Source: an uncultured archaeon (GTDB lineage: Archaea > Asgardarchaeota > Lokiarchaeia > Sigyniarchaeales > SOKP01). From it: a DNA stretch of 64,000 bases. A program made the position numbers and the translations under genes. The stretch is from the NCBI GenBank assembly GCA_964525635.1, contig CAZGJX010000008.1, positions 1-64,000 on the forward strand. The letters run 5' to 3'. This document shows, piece by piece, positions 30,600-41,144 of this stretch; the first letter of the stretch is position 1; every line of letters begins with the position of its first letter. The notes under the pieces are model-generated. The model saw nothing but the letters and a program-made list of their open reading frames with translations, made no database searches and was not told where the DNA came from.

Positions 30600-31526
30600 A
30601 TGAATGAAGAATTTCGTACTATATCAAAAAACCATAAGGAAAATAAGATTAATATTCAATTAAATAATTGCTGTAATGAGCCAAAGATTGAATATAGAGA
30701 TGGAAATAAAGTTTGTCTCAACTGTGGTATGATTTCTGGAAGAGCATTAGTTGGAAATGAAAGAAGAGCATTTAACATACAAGAAGTACATAATAGAAAA
30801 CGTACAGAACCAAAATGGAGAGAATTTGGTCCAAGAACCGTTCTTCCTCGCACAAAAAAAGATTCAAATGGTAAATCAATAAATCCCAAGGAACAAGCAT
30901 TATTTTCAAGATTATCAAAAATTCAAAATTCATTTATATCAAGTATAGAACGGAATTTTTGGGAAGCAAAACCGAAGTTAAAAATGATTGCATCCAAATT
31001 AAACATACCAGATTATATAGTTGAGACTGCCTGGAAAATATATTCATTGTCAACGAAAAAGAAATTAATTATGGGAAGATCAATAAATGGATTTATATCA
31101 GGATCCTTATATGTTGCTATAAGGGTTCATGACTTTCCAAGATTATTAGATGAGATATGTGATATCTCTTTAGTACCAAAAAAGACAATGCATAAATTAA
31201 TAGTATTAATTATAAAAGATATTTTGCCTGAATTAGGATTAAAATATCAAATAATTACTCCCCAAAGCTTAATTTTCCGATTTGGAAATGAACTTAATTT
31301 GAATATGCCTATCCAAAAGAAAGCTTTAGATATTCTACAAAATGCCTCTAGAAATGGATTAAAACAAGTTGGTAAAGATCCAAAAGGAATTGCTGCTGCT
31401 TGTGTCTATATTGTTGCTAAAAAAAATGGAGTGAAAGTAACTCAAACAAGGCTAGGGAAGATAGCAAAAATAACTGAAGTAACATTAAGGAGTAGAATAA
31501 AACAAATTAAAAATAAAATTAGTTAA
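30600..31526 (+). CDS. tfb: Transcription initiation factor IIB (TFB) paralog
   Basis: Zn ribbon VCLNCG, ERRAF, GRS, GKDPKGIAAACVY, ITEVTLRSR. Confidence 0.92.
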   Translation: MNEEFRTISKNHKENKINIQLNNCCNEPKIEYRDGNKVCLNCGMISGRALVGNERRAFNIQEVHNRKRTEPKWREFGPRTVLPRTKKDSNGKSINPKEQALFSRLSKIQNSFISSIERNFWEAKPKLKMIASKLNIPDYIVETAWKIYSLSTKKKLIMGRSINGFISGSLYVAIRVHDFPRLLDEICDISLVPKKTMHKLIVLIIKDILPELGLKYQIITPQSLIFRFGNELNLNMPIQKKALDILQNASRNGLKQVGKDPKGIAAACVYIVAKKNGVKVTQTRLGKIAKITEVTLRSRIKQIKNKIS

Positions 31527-32103
31527 TCTTCTTACCATATGATAATTGACTAGATTGTTTAAATTTTAATAACAATAGTAATCCCTTACTAGTTATATAT
31601 AAACTGTAAACTATTTCATAACTGGTTGATATAGATAAAAATAACCACATATAATAGATATATAAATGTAGATCATAATGGTGAATTGCAGTTCCCATAG
31701 TTATTAAATTGTTATTATCATTAATTTGAGATGCTTCTATTAAGTATATTAAATTGAATTTTATTATAGATATGATTAAAATTATCATTCCAATAAAAAA
31801 AATATGTAAAAAAAATGTATAATCATTAATTTTTGTTAAAGATCTTTTTATCATGAATATTCCAAGAATTAGGAAACATAATACAATAATAAAAAAACAA
31901 ATCCATAAAAGTGAGGTTGAAATAGTAACAATCTCTAAATTAAATATTAAAAAAATTAATGATGTTGAAGTTTCATTAATCTCTATTGGTATACTCAATA
32001 AAAATACTAAATTTAAAATCTCAAATATTGAAAATATGATAATGAATAATCCTCCGAACATTCTTATATTTATTTTAGAAAAATTTGGTTTCATTTTAAA
32101 CAA
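31519..32103 (-). CDS. Multi-pass membrane protein, unknown function
   Basis: About four hydrophobic helices; 8-nt convergent overlap with tfb. Confidence 0.6.
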   Translation of the reverse strand: MFKMKPNFSKINIRMFGGLFIIIFSIFEILNLVFLLSIPIEINETSTSLIFLIFNLEIVTISTSLLWICFFIIVLCFLILGIFMIKRSLTKINDYTFFLHIFFIGMIILIISIIKFNLIYLIEASQINDNNNLITMGTAIHHYDLHLYIYYMWLFLSISTSYEIVYSLYITSKGLLLLLKFKQSSQLSYGKKIN

Positions 32104-32297
32104 AATTTTTTTATTTTAGTGATAAAATTTATAAGCCAATTTATTATTTTTAATTTTGATTTTTATAATATTGATATTTAATATATTTGAATTCAAATAA
32201 AGTTTATACGTATTCTATTCAGATTTTTTTGTTAAGGACATATTAAGGATTAGCAGTTCCTTATGTGAGAGAAGAATCGATATAATAAATTGGGAAA

Positions 32298-33251
32298 ATG
32301 AAGTGTCCACATAATAATATAGGATATGAAGAAGGTTATCTCGTATGTCAAGATTGTGGATTAGTTTTAAGTGAAGAAATAAATTTTTATAAAGAAAGTT
32401 CTAAAGGAGAATATATATTTGAATCTCAAAGAGAATATGAAAGAAATATAAAAACGCAAGATTCAATAGCTATACAAGATCCTAAAGTTAAAGAAAAATA
32501 TGAAAAACTCCAAACTATCGATAAATGGTTTAGAGATTATAGAACTAGTTTTACTGAACAGAAAAAAATTATTGAATTGTTAAAAGGTTATGGAATTGGG
32601 TTGAATATTGACCAAGCTAAAATGCAAAATATAAAAGAAAGATATCTACGCTATAATAGAAAATATAAAAAAAATTATCAAAATATGGTAATAATATTTC
32701 TTAGTATTGTTTGGATGGAAATTAAAGATATAACAAATATTAGATTGGAGGAATATATTGAAGTTTGTAATGAATTGGGTCATAAGATAAATAAGAAAAT
32801 GTTAAATAACGCAATGCTTAAAGTATTAAAATCTGAAGATCGATGGAAAGATAAACTAGTTGATACTGATAATTTAGAAATAGATATAAAGAAAAAAATA
32901 AAGATTCTTTTTCAAAAAAATCTTAACGATATTCCTTTTGAAAGTATAAAAGGATATTTTATCGAGGAGGAAGGTTATAGTAAATTAAAGATAGAAATGC
33001 AATTAGTTTTAGATAAAATTTTAAAAAAGATAGAATATGAAAAAATTAAAAATCTTAACTATAAAGCTTTTACTGCTGGATTAATTTATTATATAAGTCA
33101 AACCTTAAAACCAGAATATAAAAAAATTTTTATTCAGAGCCTTATTGAAGAAGTTACCAGGTTTTCAAGTACAACTATTAGGAAAAAATATCATATACTT
33201 AAAGATCTACTTGGAAAACCTGAAGAATTAAAAACTCTTTTGGAATTGTAA
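32298..33251 (+). CDS. Highly divergent TFB-like protein (Zn ribbon plus two cyclin-like folds)
   Basis: CPH...GYLVCQDCGLVL; KAFTAGLIYYI; SSTTIRKKY. Confidence 0.75.
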   Translation: MKCPHNNIGYEEGYLVCQDCGLVLSEEINFYKESSKGEYIFESQREYERNIKTQDSIAIQDPKVKEKYEKLQTIDKWFRDYRTSFTEQKKIIELLKGYGIGLNIDQAKMQNIKERYLRYNRKYKKNYQNMVIIFLSIVWMEIKDITNIRLEEYIEVCNELGHKINKKMLNNAMLKVLKSEDRWKDKLVDTDNLEIDIKKKIKILFQKNLNDIPFESIKGYFIEEEGYSKLKIEMQLVLDKILKKIEYEKIKNLNYKAFTAGLIYYISQTLKPEYKKIFIQSLIEEVTRFSSTTIRKKYHILKDLLGKPEELKTLLEL

Positions 33252-33340
33252 TGTAAAAAATATCATATGTTTAATTCTTATTTATATTGGAAATCTGATA
33301 TATTTTGTCCTGTAAAAACTATAAATTTAATAAATGTAGA

Positions 33341-33374
33341 AATTATTAAAATTCTATAATTATTAAAATTCTAT
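33341..33374. repeat. Perfect 17-bp tandem duplication AATTATTAAAATTCTAT x2
   Basis: 33341-33357 equals 33358-33374, immediately upstream of the first P-type ATPase. Confidence 0.85.
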
Positions 33375-33384
33375 AAAGATTTTT

Positions 33385-36249
33385 TTGAAAAACATTAAAT
33401 CATATGGTATTGAAATGGCAAAGATATCAAATGAAAGAGAAGATTTTTTTTATCAAAATATTGATGAATTATTGAAAATATTTAATTCAGATCCTAACAA
33501 AGGATTATCAGATTCTCAAATAGAATCTAAATTAAATGAATTTGGTCCTAATGAATTACCAGAAGTAAAGAAAAATTTATGGCGAGTTTATTTAGCTCCT
33601 ATTTTTAATTTTCTTATTCTAATTTTGATAATATCTGGTATAGTTGTAGTTATTTTAGGATCTCCAACCCAAACTATGATTACTTTTACAGTTGTTATTA
33701 TAAATTCTATTGTAGCAATAATTCAGCAATTTAGAGCTCATAAAGCTTTAAAATCTCTTAAAGATATTACTGCTTTAAAGTCAATAATCATCAGAAACGG
33801 TAATGAAGATGAATTACCTTCAAAAGAACTAGTTCCTGGTGATATCATTATGTTAAGTCAAGGATCAAAAGTTCCTGCAGATGGACGTATTATTGAATTA
33901 ACCAATCTAACAGTCAATGAAGCTCCTCTAACTGGTGAGAGTGAGCCCGTAGAAAAAACTACTGAGGCTTTAGAAAAGAAAAGTCTTCCTCTTCAAAAAC
34001 AGAGAAATATGGTTTTTATGGGAACTTATATTAATACAGGAAGAGCAAAAGTATTAATAACTAAAACTGGAATTAATACTGAAATAGGTGAGATTTCTAT
34101 GTCCTTAAATAAAATGGGTGCTATTGAGGAAATTCCTTTAACGAGAAGGATGAATAAATTAGGACGTTTTCTTGGATTGATAGTTTTAATAAACTTAACA
34201 TTTTTGATTATTCATAAATTATTCATTCTACATGAATCCCCCGATAGTGCTATTACACAATCTATCATAAGAGCAATGAATATAATGCCTATAAATTTAC
34301 CACTCTTAGTAACTTTAGTATTGATAACAGGTGTTTTAAACATGGCTCAAAATGGAGTTATTATTAAAAACTTATCTGCTATAGAATCATTGGGGAGGGT
34401 GTCTGTAATTTGTTCAGACAAAACTGGTACAATTACAAAAAATGAAATGACAGTTGAAAAATTTTGGATAAATAGTGAAGAATTTGAAGTTTCTGGTTCG
34501 GGTTATGAAAGTGAAGGTTTTATCTCAAAAGATGGAAAAAATATTAGTTTTGATAATAATCTAACCTTTCAGAAATTTATAGATTCAATGGTTATAAATA
34601 ATCATGCTAAATTAGTATATGAGGATGTAAAGGTAAGAATTCAAGATATTAAAGTAAAACCAATAAGAAAAGCAATTGGATCTACCACAGAAGCTGCACT
34701 TTTAGTACTTGCAGAAAAAGCTGGTTTCAATGTTTATGATATTAAAAAAAAATATGAAGTTCTTAAAGAATTTTCTTTCAATTCAATTCTTAAAAGAATG
34801 ACAACTATCAGTAAATTAAATAATGAAGATTCTTATATTGCTTATTCTAAAGGAGCACCTGAAATATTATTGAGCTTATGTAGTCATATTAAAACAAATA
34901 GCGGAAAAGTATTAATAAATGATCAAATGAAAAGTGAAATAACTGAAGGAGTTAATAAACAGACAAATCAAGGATATAGAACTTTAGCTGTTGCATATAA
35001 AGACATAAATACTATAGATGATATAAAGAGAGAAGATATAGAAAAAGATTTGATTTTTTTGGGATTCCTTTCGATTATTGATCCTCCTCGAATAGGAGTT
35101 AAAGAAGCAGTAGAAAAATGTAAAACTGCAGATATTAAGGTAATTATGATTACGGGAGATCATCCTAATACAGCTAAAACCATTGCTACTGAAATGGGAA
35201 TATACAAAGAGGGTGACTTAGTTGTGGAAGGAAAAGAAATTAAACAACTTGATGATAATAATTTTTATAATACCTCTATTTTCGCTAGGGTTGCACCTGC
35301 TGATAAGGAAATAATTATAAGCAAACATCAAAAAAAGAAAAAAATAGTAGCTATGACAGGAGACGGTATAAATGATTCTCTAGCATTAAAACTTGCTAAC
35401 TGTGGTATAGCTATGGGTATAACTGGAACAGATGTTGCAAAAGATGCTTCTGATATGGTTATTTCTGATGATAACTTTACATCAATTGAAAAAGGAGTTA
35501 AGATAGGAAGAGGATTATTCTCAAAAATAAGGATTATCCTCTATTTCTTTATATGTTTAAATATTTTAGAAGGTACAATTATGTTCACATATGAATTTTT
35601 ACCAGGTTTTGATCTCTTTAGTTCTAATTGGCAACATATCTATATTTTTACAGTGGCACATACATTCCCCTCCCTTGCCCTTGTTGTTGATATTCCCCCA
35701 AAAGATATTATGAAAGAACCACCCAGAAATGAAGAAGAATTATTAAATAGAAATACTTTAATAATGTTAATAGTTCAAGCTGTTATCATTGGACTTTGTT
35801 TAGTTTTAGTTTTGGAACTTACCTTAAATAATATTATCCCTTTAAATGATTGGAATACCAATACAAATCTAAGCTTTTTGGATCCAGACGGAAATTTTCT
35901 AGATCAAAAAGCAAGGACTATGTTTATGACAACCCTTTTTATTTCAGAGACCACATTTATTTGGACTTTTAGACGACCCAATAAATCATTATTTAAAAGT
36001 ATTAAAGAGGATTTTTCAAAAAATTTGTTTATAATGTGCTTATTTACACTTTTAATTCATGTTCTATTAATCAATTTTTCTTTGAGTGTTAATACGGCTA
36101 TTAATGATGATCTAGGTTTAAATTTACAACTTAATTATATGTTTTTATCATTAACAGACTGGTTAATATGTATAGGTTTTGGGATTTTAGGGATTTTTTT
36201 AATTGAAATTTTTAAATTTGTATTTAGGAAAAAAAAGATTATTTTTTAA
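33385..36249 (+). CDS. P-type ATPase, P2A-like scaffold with atypical transport site
   Basis: TGES, DKTGT, KGAPE, MITGD, GDGIND intact; TM4 reads PINLP rather than PEGLP; start may be ATG 33415. Confidence 0.93.
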   Translation: MKNIKSYGIEMAKISNEREDFFYQNIDELLKIFNSDPNKGLSDSQIESKLNEFGPNELPEVKKNLWRVYLAPIFNFLILILIISGIVVVILGSPTQTMITFTVVIINSIVAIIQQFRAHKALKSLKDITALKSIIIRNGNEDELPSKELVPGDIIMLSQGSKVPADGRIIELTNLTVNEAPLTGESEPVEKTTEALEKKSLPLQKQRNMVFMGTYINTGRAKVLITKTGINTEIGEISMSLNKMGAIEEIPLTRRMNKLGRFLGLIVLINLTFLIIHKLFILHESPDSAITQSIIRAMNIMPINLPLLVTLVLITGVLNMAQNGVIIKNLSAIESLGRVSVICSDKTGTITKNEMTVEKFWINSEEFEVSGSGYESEGFISKDGKNISFDNNLTFQKFIDSMVINNHAKLVYEDVKVRIQDIKVKPIRKAIGSTTEAALLVLAEKAGFNVYDIKKKYEVLKEFSFNSILKRMTTISKLNNEDSYIAYSKGAPEILLSLCSHIKTNSGKVLINDQMKSEITEGVNKQTNQGYRTLAVAYKDINTIDDIKREDIEKDLIFLGFLSIIDPPRIGVKEAVEKCKTADIKVIMITGDHPNTAKTIATEMGIYKEGDLVVEGKEIKQLDDNNFYNTSIFARVAPADKEIIISKHQKKKKIVAMTGDGINDSLALKLANCGIAMGITGTDVAKDASDMVISDDNFTSIEKGVKIGRGLFSKIRIILYFFICLNILEGTIMFTYEFLPGFDLFSSNWQHIYIFTVAHTFPSLALVVDIPPKDIMKEPPRNEEELLNRNTLIMLIVQAVIIGLCLVLVLELTLNNIIPLNDWNTNTNLSFLDPDGNFLDQKARTMFMTTLFISETTFIWTFRRPNKSLFKSIKEDFSKNLFIMCLFTLLIHVLLINFSLSVNTAINDDLGLNLQLNYMFLSLTDWLICIGFGILGIFLIEIFKFVFRKKKIIF

Positions 36250-36370
36250 TAAGGCACTTTTTTCTAAAATTTTTTAAAGATAAGTTATTATTGTCTTATT
36301 ATAAAATAATTTTTGTTTATATTAAAGATCATTTATAATATATATATTAAATAAGTGTCACGGTAGATTT

Positions 36371-39301
36371 TTGATGGGAAAAAACTATTATAATTTAGAA
36401 CTTGCAGAGATCTATGAAGAACTTAAAACTAATATAGAAAATGGATTAACAGAGCAAGAAGCAAAAAATCGGTTAGAATATTATGGCCCTAATGAATTAC
36501 CTAAAATTTCTAGGGGGTTTATTAAAATATATTTAGCTCCACTATTCAATTGGCTTATTGTTATATATTTAATTGGAGCACTACTTCTATTTTTAGCCAC
36601 TTTTTTTGGATCTGAAGGTGATTTTGTTGTTATTGGAGTTACTCTTGGAATTGTCCTTTTAAACTGTTTTGTAGCAATAATACAACAATATAGAGCTACA
36701 AAAAAACTGAAAGCTTTACGGGAATTGACTGCTCCAACAACTAAAGTAATAAGAAATGGTCTAAAACGAGAAATTCCTACGAAAGAAGTTGTAATTGGAG
36801 ATATTTTAGTATTAGCTCAAGGAGATCGTATTCCAGCAGATGGAAGAATAATAAAAGGTTCGAATTTAGAATTAAATGAAGCATCTTTAACAGGAGAAAG
36901 TGAACCTGTCAGAAAGAATCTTGATGGCAATCCTATAAATGGAGCATTAGCTATTCAGGATAGAAAAAATATGGTATTCTATGGTACTTTTGTAACTATG
37001 GGTAATGGACTCGCAATAACTGTTAAAACTGGTGGATTTACAGAAATAGGTCAGATCTCAAAGGGATTAGATGAGGCAGGAACTAGTGAAATTCCAATAA
37101 GAAAAAAAATGAATAATTTTGGTAAATGGCTTGGATTGGGAGTCATAATATTATGGGGTATTATTTTTTTGTATAAGATCATCAGTGAATTAATAATAAA
37201 TGAAGTTATAGAAATAGATTATTTAGTGGATGGATTTTTTAACAGTCTAAATTCAGCTCTTGATCTCCTTCCATTGAATATTCCACTTCTTACAACACTA
37301 ATATTAATAACTGGTGTTCTTGCAATGGCCCATAAGAGAGTAATTATAAGAAATCTTGCCTCCGTAGATAGTTTAGGTCGTGTTAGTGTAGTTTGTTCTG
37401 ATAAAACAGGGACATTAACAAAAAATCAAATGTGTGTACAGCATATTTGGAGTAATGGGTCAATATTTAAAGTAACTGGGAGTGGATACACACCTGAAGG
37501 AGAGATTATTTCAATAGATGATCCAAAAAATCCAAAATATGTTAAACACATTGAAGATTTTCCATATTTAAAGTTATTATTAGTGTCTGGATTTCTAAAT
37601 AATAACTCTGCGTTAGTTAAATCTCAGGTTGAGACTATAGGGAGGGATATTAAAATTGTTGACAATTGGAAAGTAATAGGTTCACCAACTGAAGGTGCTT
37701 TAGTAGTTCTTTTTCAAAAAAGTATGGGTGATTATTTATTAGAGGATTATGAATTAATCGAAGAATTTCCATTTGATTCTTCTCTTAAGAGAATGACTAA
37801 AATATATAAAAAAGATGAAATATTTTATTCTTTTACTAAGGGTGCTAGTGAAATTCTAATTCCAAGATGTTCAAAAATATATTATAAAAATACAGAAATA
37901 GAATTTTATGATGACTTAAGAGAAGAGGTTCAAAATAACATCTTGAAATATGCTTCACAAGGATATCGTATTTTAAGTTTATGCTATAAACATTTCTATA
38001 TGATGCCTCATCATAATAAAGGAGATAGAGATCAATTTGAAACAGAATTAATATATTTAGGGTTTATAACTATATTAGATCCCCCTCGAGAAGGTGTAAA
38101 GAAATCTGTTGATCAATGTCATCAAGCTGGAGTTAATGTAATTATGATTACAGGAGATTCAAATGTGACAGCTAAAGCTATAGCGAGTCAAATTTCAATA
38201 TTAAAAAATATTGAAGATAAAGTAGCTGAAGGCAAAGATGTTAATGAAATTGAATCATTTGAAGAATTTAATCGTATTAAAGTATTTTCTAGAGTGTCAC
38301 CAAAACATAAAGAAGATATTATAAAACGTTATCAAGAAGAGAAAAGAGTAGTAGCAATGACAGGAGATGGTGTGAACGATACATTAGCTTTAAATATGGC
38401 CGATTGTGGTATTGCTATGGGAATACAAGGAACAGATGTTGCTAAGGAAGCTTCAGATATGGTTATTTCTGATGATTCATTCAATTCTATTGTTAGTGGA
38501 ATTCATCAAGGAAGAGGTATTTTTGCTAAAATCCGAGCAATAGTGTTTTTTTTTATTTGTATAAATGTATTTGAAGGTCTTGTTCAGTTAATTTTAGCTG
38601 TTGTTTTAGACTTACCTTATTGGATTGATCGGTATGCTGGTTTTTATTGGCAATGGATATTTCTTACTTTAACTTTGCATGTCTTACCCGGATTTGTTTT
38701 AACATTTGATAAGATTTCTAATGATGTTATGAAAGAAAAACCAAGAGACTCAGAAGAAATATTAAGTAAGAACACTTTGAAATTAATGATTGCTTTTGGT
38801 GCTTTGTTAGCTTTATGTATGATTATTACGTATTTTATTGTTTCAACGGGATTATATCCTGTATGGGAAGAAAATTATAATTTTGGAAATATGAATGATG
38901 ATTATCTTTCTGTTACTAATGTATTTCAAGGTCCTGGTGCCGAAATGTTAGTACCCTCAAAATCATTAACAATGCTAATGTTAACCTTATTTTTCTGTGA
39001 AAACTTTCTAGTTTTACAGATTAGACGTCCTAATAAATCATTATTCAAAAGTTTAAAAGAAGACAGAACGAAATTCATGATTTTCACACCACTATTCCTA
39101 TTTTTCATTTTTGCTTCATTAATATATATTCCAAACCTTCAACTTAATTTAGCAGAATGGACAAAAAGTTTGGATGTTAATTTCATGTTTATGTATCTAA
39201 CATGGATGGATTGGTTGGTCTGTATCTCAATATCTTCAATATGTATTGGAACTTTTGAAATCATCAAATATATATCTCGAAAGAATAATATTGTTTTTTA
39301 A
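36371..39301 (+). CDS. P-type ATPase, tandem paralog with atypical transport site
   Basis: TGES, DKTGT, KGASE, MITGD, GDGVND; TM4 reads PLNIP. Confidence 0.93.
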   Translation: MMGKNYYNLELAEIYEELKTNIENGLTEQEAKNRLEYYGPNELPKISRGFIKIYLAPLFNWLIVIYLIGALLLFLATFFGSEGDFVVIGVTLGIVLLNCFVAIIQQYRATKKLKALRELTAPTTKVIRNGLKREIPTKEVVIGDILVLAQGDRIPADGRIIKGSNLELNEASLTGESEPVRKNLDGNPINGALAIQDRKNMVFYGTFVTMGNGLAITVKTGGFTEIGQISKGLDEAGTSEIPIRKKMNNFGKWLGLGVIILWGIIFLYKIISELIINEVIEIDYLVDGFFNSLNSALDLLPLNIPLLTTLILITGVLAMAHKRVIIRNLASVDSLGRVSVVCSDKTGTLTKNQMCVQHIWSNGSIFKVTGSGYTPEGEIISIDDPKNPKYVKHIEDFPYLKLLLVSGFLNNNSALVKSQVETIGRDIKIVDNWKVIGSPTEGALVVLFQKSMGDYLLEDYELIEEFPFDSSLKRMTKIYKKDEIFYSFTKGASEILIPRCSKIYYKNTEIEFYDDLREEVQNNILKYASQGYRILSLCYKHFYMMPHHNKGDRDQFETELIYLGFITILDPPREGVKKSVDQCHQAGVNVIMITGDSNVTAKAIASQISILKNIEDKVAEGKDVNEIESFEEFNRIKVFSRVSPKHKEDIIKRYQEEKRVVAMTGDGVNDTLALNMADCGIAMGIQGTDVAKEASDMVISDDSFNSIVSGIHQGRGIFAKIRAIVFFFICINVFEGLVQLILAVVLDLPYWIDRYAGFYWQWIFLTLTLHVLPGFVLTFDKISNDVMKEKPRDSEEILSKNTLKLMIAFGALLALCMIITYFIVSTGLYPVWEENYNFGNMNDDYLSVTNVFQGPGAEMLVPSKSLTMLMLTLFFCENFLVLQIRRPNKSLFKSLKEDRTKFMIFTPLFLFFIFASLIYIPNLQLNLAEWTKSLDVNFMFMYLTWMDWLVCISISSICIGTFEIIKYISRKNNIVF

Positions 39302-39487
39302 TCAAATTTTTTTTTTAAATTTTAATCTTAAAAAACACCAATTTAGTATTCCTATAATTTATTGACTATTTTTCAATAATTAAATAATTATATTTAATCT
39401 AAAGAATTTAATACAAGAAAAATAATATGAAATTAATTTCCCGTAAAGGATAAAGTTTAAAAATATTGGAATAAAAAAATCTCTTTT

Positions 39488-40261
39488 TTACATAAATCCC
39501 TGACAAAATGAATCAACATTTGTCCCTAAAATTGAATGATTATAACCCCCTTCAAGAATAGCATATCTTCTACTTTGACACAGTTTATCTGAATATGTTT
39601 TAATTAAATAACCCAATTCTTTAAAATCCTCTGGATATAATAAATTGCCCCAATCATCAATTCTCTGGTCAAATCCAGCACTTATAGCAAAAATATCAAT
39701 ATTTTTTAATCTCTCTAAATACTCTTTCACTTGTTTTATATAATTTACGCGATCACTCGCATTTGGATTTAAAATATCGACTTGGAATTGTTTCTTTTTT
39801 TTTGAAAAAATGTTGACCGTACCATCCCCAAAATGAAGGTCGAAATCAAGTATGAAAGCAGATTTTATTTTTCTTTCCGAAAATAATTTTAATAAGCTTA
39901 TACTCATATTATTGAAATAACAAAAACCCCAACTTGAGTCTGCTGAAACATGATGACCAGGGGGTCTTATTACACCAAAAGAAGGATTCTTTTTATAAGC
40001 TTCCTCTGCTACCTGAATTGCTCCTCCTACTGCCAGAGCAGATAATTTAAATAATAAAGGAATTTTTTTAATATAATCTAGATGTTTATGAGTATGAGCT
40101 CTCAATATATCTTCATCTTTAGCAGATTCTGGAGTTATTATTTCATAGATTTCAAGTTTACTTTTTATTATTTTTATAATTTCATCTAATCTACCAAGGG
40201 AGGTAGCTGGATCTATAGTATATTCTGAATTATAGAATTTTTCATGAAAAATTATTTTCAT
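39488..40261 (-). CDS. Histone deacetylase (Zn-dependent) family protein
   Basis: RPPGHH, GFCYFNN, DFDLHFGDGT, SAGFD, LEGGY. Confidence 0.92.
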   Translation of the reverse strand: MKIIFHEKFYNSEYTIDPATSLGRLDEIIKIIKSKLEIYEIITPESAKDEDILRAHTHKHLDYIKKIPLLFKLSALAVGGAIQVAEEAYKKNPSFGVIRPPGHHVSADSSWGFCYFNNMSISLLKLFSERKIKSAFILDFDLHFGDGTVNIFSKKKKQFQVDILNPNASDRVNYIKQVKEYLERLKNIDIFAISAGFDQRIDDWGNLLYPEDFKELGYLIKTYSDKLCQSRRYAILEGGYNHSILGTNVDSFCQGFM

Positions 40262-40274
40262 AAATCATAGACAC

Positions 40275-41133
40275 TCATTCTTTTAATTTACTTAGTCTAA
40301 ATCCAGTGATTTGTCCTCTAATCCTTTTGTATTTCTCAATATCTCTAGTTCTTTTTAATACATATATTGTATTTTGAGGACAACTATTGAAACAACATAC
40401 ACATAAAGTACAATCTTCACCAAACTCTATGATATTATCTTCTTATAATTTATTTAATGATATATTGCTGGTAGGATAATATTGAACACATAATCCGCAT
40501 GAATTACATAAGATTGAATCACATTTAAAATAGTTCTTTAAACGTTTTTCAAAAGTTTTTGAACCAATACGTTGAATCCATCCTATGAATCTTGATAGAG
40601 GATCTTTTCTCATAGTCCATTTTTTATCCCCTATTATATATTCAACATATTTGTCTATTTTTTTTTCAGCTTTATTAAATATTTTTTCTTGTTTTTCTTT
40701 ATCCCAAGTCATTAATCTTGGCGTCTGGGGTAAATTGTTTAATGATCGTATATTAATTGCTTGTCTTATCAAAAAACCGCATTTTTTCAAAATTTTTTTC
40801 ATTTTTAATGGTGTATCACCATTAAACATAGCCATTGTATCATAAATAAAAGCCTTTTTTTTTATAATATCATTTTTTAAAAGATATACATAAATTATTC
40901 TTTATCCAAGATTTCATTATCCCAGGTATATTAGAACTATATAGGGGATAGCCAATTCCAATAAGATCTTTTGATTTTAATATATTTGGAATGAGAATAT
41001 TCCATTCAAGGTCATTGCGCTCAATAGAATAAACATCTACTTGATTCTCTTTTTCAATTAATTTAGTTCTTATTTTTTCCGTAACCCACCATGTATTTCC
41101 AGTTCCACTAAAATAAAAAATTGCAATCTTCAT
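40275..41133 (-). pseudogene. EFR1-type flavodoxin-ferredoxin fusion, disrupted
   Basis: YFSGTGNT N-terminus; break near 40870; first cluster motif damaged (CNSCGLCVQYYP); in-frame TAA at 40443 followed by CTLCVCCFNSCP and stop at 40275. Confidence 0.8.
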
Positions 41134-41144
41134 TATTTTTAATT

